The notes below the pieces were generated by a model, which saw nothing but the letters and a program-made list of their open reading frames with translations, ran no database searches and was not told the DNA's origin. The position numbers and the translations under genes were made by a program. Of a DNA stretch of 64,000 bases, positions 57,346-64,000 are shown one piece after another; positions within the stretch are counted from its first letter, which is position 1, and every line of letters starts with the position of its first letter. Source of the stretch: Asterias rubens (Eukaryota); NCBI RefSeq assembly GCF_902459465.1, contig NC_047062.1:31124001-31188000 (forward strand). The letters are read 5' to 3'.

Positions 57346-60300
57346 TCACTTACTCTTGTCTGCTGCTCCATTCATGGGTTTAGCACCATCAGAGGGCACT
57401 TTTTTCTTCGCGGCCTTGTCTACTCCAGATGCGCTGACTTTTGGCGTGGAGGTTGTCTTCGCAGACTTGTCTACTCCAGATGCGCTTACTTTTGGCGTGG
57501 AGGTTTTCTTCGCAGCCTTGTCTACTCCAGATGCGCTTACTTTTGGCGTGGTGGATTTTTTCGCAGCCTTGTCTACTCCAGACGCGCTTACTTTTGGCGT
57601 GGAGGTTTTCTTCACAGACTTGTCTACTCCAGATGCGCTGACTTTTGGCGTGGAGGTTTTCTTCACAGACTTGTCTACTCCAGATGCGCTGACTTTTGGC
57701 GTGGAGGTTTTCTTCACAGACTTGTCTACTCCAGATGCGCTGACTTTTGGCGTGGAGGTTTTCTTCACAGACTTGTCTACTTCGGATGCGCTGACTTTTG
57801 GCGTGGAGGATTTTTTTTTGATGGATGAAGAGGCACCCTCTATGCGATTGTGCTCTTCTTGAACCAATTGATCCATCTCTTCCTGTGTGAATAGAAGACG
57901 AATGGTTTGGGTTTGAACAAAGAAAAAAAGACTGGAGTTGGACTTGAACCATCGACCTTCGGATTAACGTGCCGGTGTCCCAGGTTATTCTGTCAGCCGG
58001 AGATCCGGTCCCCCACATGGGAAATTAACATGGGCTGGAGGAGGAGGATTCTGAAGAGGGTGTTATCAGAATTAAAATGTCTTTATTGTCCGCATCAGAA
58101 ATTTAGCTTCCATTGGCATATAAGAAGTTTGTACACAGTTTGCCATATGGGGGGGGGGGTGGACAAAATCTCCAGCCACACCGGCGCTCTACCAACTGAG
58201 CTATCTAGCCCTAGTTTGTGGTCTCCCTATTTTGTCAATAACTTTGTCTGGGGGTGTTCATTTTTCAACATTCTTACCTTCCATCCAAGTAGCTCTGCTA
58301 ACTTGTAGCACCCATCGTCACATTTATCAAGATGCAATACATCTCTGCCAAAGAAATAAAGAAATAAAACAATTAATGAATTATGGCGGTAAGCGTTGCT
58401 AATGACAGGACTGGAACACTGTCTCCTGAAGATGACTAGACCTTTATCATGGTGCAGCCATCTTGAATATTTCCCATTGATATCAATGAAACTAAACCGA
58501 GGCTGGAAGAAAAAAATAGTCTGGTTCCTATTTGTGAAATTATTATACGCATTTATTATTGTCATTTGACATGAGGAACATGACCAAGATGGAGGAAGCG
58601 TGACAGAGGTCTACTAAAAGCTCACTCCATGGTAGTAGTTTAAAACAAGCAGGACAGTTCATTTCAGAACTGAGAATATTCCCGAAAAAAGAAAAAAAAT
58701 CTACTCCGCTTTAGTAGATTATACAGCAAGACAGTTCTCTAAAGAACATAATCTACCTGGCAAGTTGACACACACAGTGTAAAGGCAGAGTCACACTGCA
58801 GCGATAACGATGCAAAGAGAACGCATTGGGTTGACCAATCGAGGCCGTGGATTTTGAACATTCTCGTTTTCATTCTCGTTATCGAGGCCTGACCGGGCCT
58901 TTATCGCAGGATTGGAACTCGTCTCCAACATTTTTGTCTTAGCCGTTTCCGGATGCTATGGTTTCCAAAGGGTTAATGACCAGTGATGTGTAGTACCATT
59001 GAGCTTCAAATTATAAAAACTTGATGTTTCCAACAAATTAATTTCTTTACCTGTAATTGCTCTCTGAGTCAAACTCGAAGCCTCCTCCGCCGTAACCAAG
59101 ACGGCGTAGCACGGGATTAGACTGGAAGATTTGGGAATGAAAAAAAAAAAAACATTTTCAATTATTGCATCTGTTTAATTTTGTTTATTTATTACACTTT
59201 TTTACTAGCACAACACAATAAAAATTGCACTAGTAGATATATATCGTTTGTGCTTGTTTATGCCTCTGATAAAGGTCCAGTTTGAATAATATAAATATCA
59301 GTACATACAATCACAATACATACAGTTTATAAAATATCTACACACAGAGGTCCTGGTTTATTTTCTGCAGTTCTGGGCATGCGCCCTTTTTTGACAAACA
59401 AAAAAACCTAGAGGCCTGACTCTTTTATTGCAATTAGTCAAGGATTGCATAATCAAATTTATTGACATACCTCGCCAGCTTTCTCCATGTTAATAAGAAG
59501 TCTGGGAGTGGTTTCTGGAACTCTGAAGAGAAGAAATAAATATAAACATGCAGATCAGTTGAAGGGAAGCACATTTTACAATAACCTTTTTCAATGTCCT
59601 TTACATTAGTAGATTAGATTAGATTGGATAAGAATTATTTATTCAGCCATTGTTAAAAAGTTAAAACCTAAAAACAACGGAAATTGTAGTGTACCTCAAC
59701 ATTTAAAACCATTACGAAGAAGATACAAAAATATAAATATATACAAATATATAGGCTACAAAAAGCAGAAAACAAACTAGTTTACATTAAAACCACAAAC
59801 AGCATAAGGATAAAAACTATCTATGAACCGCTTGCTACCTTTAAAATGCTTAAGACGACGATTAGAAGGGAGGAATAGTGCCCTGATTAGTGCCCTGGTC
59901 ATTGGGCCAATAAGATTCCTTTAAACTTTCTCTGCTGGGAAGTATACAGCCCAAAGGGCTTTTAAAGGCAGTGGACACTATTGGTAATTACTCAAAATAT
60001 TTATTATCATAAAACCTTTCTTGGTTACGAGTAATGGGGAGAGGTTGATAGTATAAAACATTGTGAGAAACAGCTCCCTCTGAAGTGAAGTAGTTTTCGA
60101 GAACAAAGTAATTTTCCACGAATTTGATTTTGTGCCCTTACAAAAAAGTTCTATAGAACTCTATAGAAGGGTCTATAGAGCTCTATAGAATAATTATTTT
60201 CTATAGATGTCTATAGAAATGTGAAGGCAAAATCTCTATAGAGAAAATTCTCTATAGAATTCTCTGTAGTGATATTGCAGTAAAGAAAATGTTCTGTAGA

Positions 60301-63300
60301 ATTCTCTGTAGTGCTGTTGCAGTAAAGACATTAATGTTCTATAGAATTCTCTGTAGTGCTATATTGCAGTAAAGAAAATGTCCTATAGAATTCTACAAAG
60401 CGCTGAATTTCTCTAAAGAGAAAGTCTTCTTTAATAGATTTTGTACTGATTTTTGAAAACCCAAGCTGCTAACTGAGCGAATTGACTAAAATAAACGTTA
60501 GATGCGTTTTAGAACTCTATACACTGCCCTATAGAACTCTATACACTGCCCTATAAAACTCTATACACTGCCCTATAGAACTCTATACACTGCCCTATAG
60601 AACTCTATACACTGCCCTATAAAACTCTATACACTGCCCTATAGAACTCTATACACTGCCCTATAGAACTCTATACACTGCCCTATAAAACTCTATACAC
60701 TGCCCTATAGAACTCTATACACTGCCCTATAGAACTCTATACACTGCCCTATAAAACTCTATACACTGCCCTATAGAACTCTATACACTGCCCTATAGAA
60801 CTCTATACACTGCCCTATAGAACTCTATACACTGCCCTATAGAACTCTATACACTGCCCTATAGAACTCTATACACTGCCCTATAGAACTCTATACACTG
60901 CCCTATAGAACTCTATACACTGCCCTATAAAACTCTATACACTGCCCTATAGAACTCTATACACTGCCCTATAGAACTCTATACACTGCCCTATAAAACT
61001 CTATACACTGCCCTATAGAACTCTATACACTGCCCTATAGAACTCTATACACTGCCCTATAGAACTCTATACACTGCCCTATAGAACTCTATACACTGCC
61101 CTATAGAACTCTATACACTGCCCTATAGAACTCTATACACTGCCCTATAGAACTCTATACATATCTATATACATTTCTATTAAACATTCTATAGAGGTTG
61201 CTATAGATGTCTATAGAAATTGTATAGAAAAGTGGCCCAATTTTCTAAAGAAACTCTATAGGTTGTATAGAATTTCTTTAGAAATTGTATAGAAGTTGTA
61301 TAGATTTTGAATAGATATGTGTATAGATATTGTATATATTCTGTATAGAAATTTTATAGAAATTATTTACAAGGGTTCTATACCCTTTTCTATAGAAATT
61401 TGTATAGAATTTCTATAGTTTTTTTTTTATAGAAGTTTAGAATTGAGGTCTCGAAATCAAGCATCTGAAAGCACACAACTTCGTGTGACACACGGTGTTT
61501 TTTTCTTTCATAATTATCTCTCAACTCCGACGACCAATCAAGCTCAAATTTTCAGAGCTTTGTTATTTTATGCATATGTTGAGATACACCAAGTGGGAAG
61601 ACTGGTCTTTGACAATTACCAATATAGTGTCCACTGTCTTTAATACACAATGTCAACCTCTACCTTTGCAGGTACCAATTTATCACAGACTGTTCCCATT
61701 AATGATCCTTCAAACTTTGAAACCTTGAATCCTGTGCCTACCTTTCTAGTAATGAAGCAAAGGGCTGCACAACCAGTGATGTCCCCATGACTATCAGCAA
61801 ATCGCACCTGGGAAAGTCCTGCAAGGAAAAAACAAAATAACAAAATAAGTTTCATCAGAGCCCAATTTTATGGGCTTACCACCGAATTCTGGCTTAACGA
61901 TCACCATTCTCTGCTCACTGTGCAAGCAATCTATGCAGTGTTAATGAAGAATGCACGGCAAGGGGCACCAAGGCATTTTCTCCTTTGTAAAGGGCACCCT
62001 ATGAGGAAATTGTAAATTTCTACTGGATCATTTCAAGGGCACCAAGGCAATGACAAGGGGGCATGGAGGGCAATCGCCTTCAGTGCCTCCGTGAAGTATC
62101 AGGACTGAAACCTCTCTTAGTAAATGCAATATTTCCATCAAATGCATTCAATACTTGTCTAAATCATGTAATTAAAATATTGACCTACAATATGTAGGAT
62201 CTGATCTAGCTGCATCTGCTCTACCTACCTCCATAACGAGGGAGGAAAACCTTAGGGGTAGTGCCTCACCAAAGAACACAATATCTGGCTTGACTAATCC
62301 ACCACACTCCGTGCACTTGGGTATCCTATCAGCAAAGATCTCAACTACAAACACAAAAGAACAAGACCATTTGAGCGTCAAAATTGATGGGTTTAAAGAC
62401 ACTGGACACTATTGGCAATTATCAAAGGCCAGTCTTCTTATTTGTTGTATCTCAACATATGCATAAAAAACAAACTTGTGAAAATTTGAGTTCGATTGGC
62501 CGTCGGAGTTGCGAGATAACTATGACAGAAAAGTTTATCATTGCCAACATCTGAGAACGAAAATATACAATTTCTACTTTGGCTTTTTCAATGGCCACCA
62601 AAGCAATGAACAAGGACAAGATTGTTTTTCAGTGGCATAAACAATTCTACTAGGACATTTATTGGGGCACAAAGGTTCCTAAAAAGGGCAAGGCAGTTTT
62701 GTTTTTCTTGGGCAAGTTTGGAAAGGGAAATTTCTGACAATTTCTACTGGGAAATTCCAACATAACAAGGAACACTGTCACCCAAAGGTACCCCAACTAG
62801 GAGAAAAGGGCTTGGATCAGGGTAACATTATACCCCAACTTGAGAAGTTATGTGTGTAATCCTTAGTTCACTCACCTCTCATCCACTCTTGTGTGTATTC
62901 TTCCCTACAATCTCCAGCAAGGCAGTGTCCGGTATGAAATGTACCGTGGGCCTCCATTAACAGGTCCCCTGGCACACCAGCGATTCTCTCTAGGGTGTCA
63001 ATATTCTACCGAGGGGAACACAAACAAGAATCAACATGGTCAAAGGAAAACAATATTAGTCTATAAGGCGGTGCTGGGCAGGCCTGCCCAGAATTTACAA
63101 TTGCCCAGCCGTCGACTTCTCCAAACTTTAGGATTAATCTTAGGACGAGTTAAGCTCCGTATCCATAGACGTTACGGCGCATTGAACCCATCCTAGGTTA
63201 GGCTCGTCCTAAACTTGAGGTAGAATTAATCCTAACGTTTTGTGAAATCGGCTGCTCTGCACACTGAGCAAAATACATTGTGTCCCCAGCACAGAAGCCC

Positions 63301-63569
63301 CCAGATTTAATCAAAATATTGTCCACTGTCACTGTGCCCTATAATCATGTTATTGGTGACTCTAATCAGCGATGGAAATTAACCGCAGGAGTAGTAAAGA
63401 TAGTAAACAACAGGAGAGTCTTGAGCCAAGACTAATATCTCACCTGTGTGTAGTTTCTCAACAGGAGCTTTTTCTCAGCGAGGAGTCTGATGAAATAATG
63501 ACACGGTGTGGGTTTGAACTTCCCTGGGTACAACTCCTTGGCCAGGTAGAAAAATGGCTCCGGTCGTTC
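57346..63569 (-). CDS. SIRT2: NAD-dependent protein deacetylase sirtuin-2, 3' eight exons (5' part lies beyond the window)
   Basis: Exons 63569-63444, 63005-62876, 62344-62229, 61818-61742, 59522-59471, 59121-59051, 58344-58278, 57882-57346, all GT-AG and phase-consistent. Motifs: [43 protein letters not shown], two zinc-binding Cys pairs, [32 protein letters not shown], and the SIRT2-type insert [15 protein letters not shown] followed by LAELLGW. Confidence 0.95.
57419..57826 (-). repeat. Coding 51-bp tandem repeat x8 in the SIRT2 last exon ([17 protein letters not shown])
   Basis: Unit tctactccagatgcgctgacttttggcgtggaggttttcttcacagacttg recurs every 51 nt (57421, 57472, 57523 ... 57778) and stays in frame. 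Confidence 0.95.
57930..58210 (-). mobile_element. tRNA-derived SINE head, interrupted, in the SIRT2 last intron
   Basis: Minus strand gggctagatagctcagttggtagagcgccgg[insert]cacgttaatccgaaggtcgatggttcaagtcc, with A-box and B-box. Confidence 0.7.
57976..58180. mobile_element. 205-bp TGT...ACA insertion with CCGG TSD (Ginger1-type, or solo LTR) inside a tRNA-derived SINE head
   Basis: CCGG at 57972-57975 and 58181-58184; removing the insert restores a continuous tRNA-like sequence on the minus strand. Confidence 0.7.
58783..58900. mobile_element. Short PIF/Harbinger-like MITE (TAA/TTA flanks)
   Basis: TAA|AGGCAGAGTCA..cgataacga ... tcgttatcg..TGACCGGGCCT|TTA. Confidence 0.55.
60135..61375. 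mobile_element. CCC...GGG TIR element with subterminal tctatag repeats (EnSpm/CMC-like or foldback), carrying a satellite
   Basis: Left CCCTTACAAAAAAGTTCTATAGAA versus reverse-complemented right CCCTTGTAAATAATTTCTATAAAA; many ctatag motifs at both ends. No clean TSD, so the superfamily is tentative. Confidence 0.6.
60512..61160. repeat. 22-bp minisatellite x~29.5 (acactgccctatagaactctat)
   Basis: Exact period of 22 with a single variable G/A site. Confidence 0.97.
62393..62525 (+). mobile_element. Family A 5' fragment in a SIRT2 intron
   Basis: ttaaagacactggacactattggcaattatcaaagg...gttgcgagataactatga. Confidence 0.75.
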
Positions 63570-63633
63570 CTGAGTCATCACAAAACAATAATCATTCTTT
63601 GATACCATTCCATTATGTCAGTGCAAAATCTCC

Positions 63634-64000
63634 TTAAAGACACTGGACACTATTTATAATTGTCAAAGACTAGTCTTCTCACTTGGTGTGTCTCAGCGTA
63701 TGCATAAAATAACAAACCTGTGAAATTTGAGCTCAATTGGTCGTCAAATTTGCGAGATAAGAATGAAAGAAAAAACACTCTTGTCACACAAAGTTGTAAG
63801 CTTTCAGATGCTTGATTTCGAGACCTCAGAATCTAATTCTGTGATCTCGAAATCAAATTCGTGGAAAATTACTTCTTTCTCGAAAACTATGTTACTTCAG
63901 AGGGGGCCGTTTTTCACAATGTTTTATACTATCAACCTCTCCCCATTACTCGTTACCAAGTAAGGTTTTAAATGCTAATAATTTTTTTTGAGTAATTACC
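63634..64000 (+). mobile_element. Family A element running off the window end
   Basis: TTAA|AGACACTGGACAC...gagtaattacc. Confidence 0.88.

Larger units (their letters stand above)
59962..61642 (-). mobile_element. Family A element (reverse) split by a 1.3-kb insertion; halves 59962-60130 and 61433-61642
   Basis: The two halves are collinear with the family A consensus, carry TTAA at the outer ends, and break at the internal hairpin. Confidence 0.85.

Noticed and set aside
57229-58018. ORFs of 199, 204 and 209 aa over the 51-bp repeat
   Set aside because: Shadow frames of the SIRT2 last exon; only the minus frame splices in phase to sirtuin exons.
60512-61160. Regular short repeats as a possible CRISPR array (also 15612-16030, 20039-20221, 39895-40106)
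   Set aside because: Head-to-tail units without unique spacers, no cas genes, and a spliced eukaryotic context.

Overview
Intron-rich animal genomic DNA. From the repeat landscape and the proteins it is probably an echinoderm (sea star), which is inference only. There is one assembly gap (3190-3419). Six protein-coding genes can be reconstructed by hand with GT-AG introns and consistent reading phase: (1) an intronless ANKRD63-like ankyrin gene (-); (2) a two-exon low-complexity orphan of about 742 aa with repeated RRxS motifs (-); (3,5) two divergently transcribed retinol dehydrogenase-like SDR paralogues with identical intron positions (- and +); (4) between them, a 58-aa three-coding-exon microgene matching mitochondrial ATP synthase subunit 6.8PL (ATP5MJ/MP68), which is not recovered as a single ORF in the track; (6) the 3' eight exons of SIRT2 (-), ending in a tail of 8 x 17-aa Lys/Ser/Thr-Pro repeats. 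The rest is dense in non-autonomous DNA transposons (Kolobok-type TTAA, Harbinger-type, Merlin-type 8-bp TSD, Ginger1-type CCGG TSD), tRNA-derived SINE pieces, an L2 3' end and several minisatellites. No rRNA, intact tRNA or CRISPR array is seen. The best leads are the hidden ATP5MJ microgene on a probable bidirectional promoter, the SIRT2 repeat tail, a probable 33-nt poison exon assembled from a duplicated acceptor plus a SINE-derived donor, and two Ginger1-type elements.
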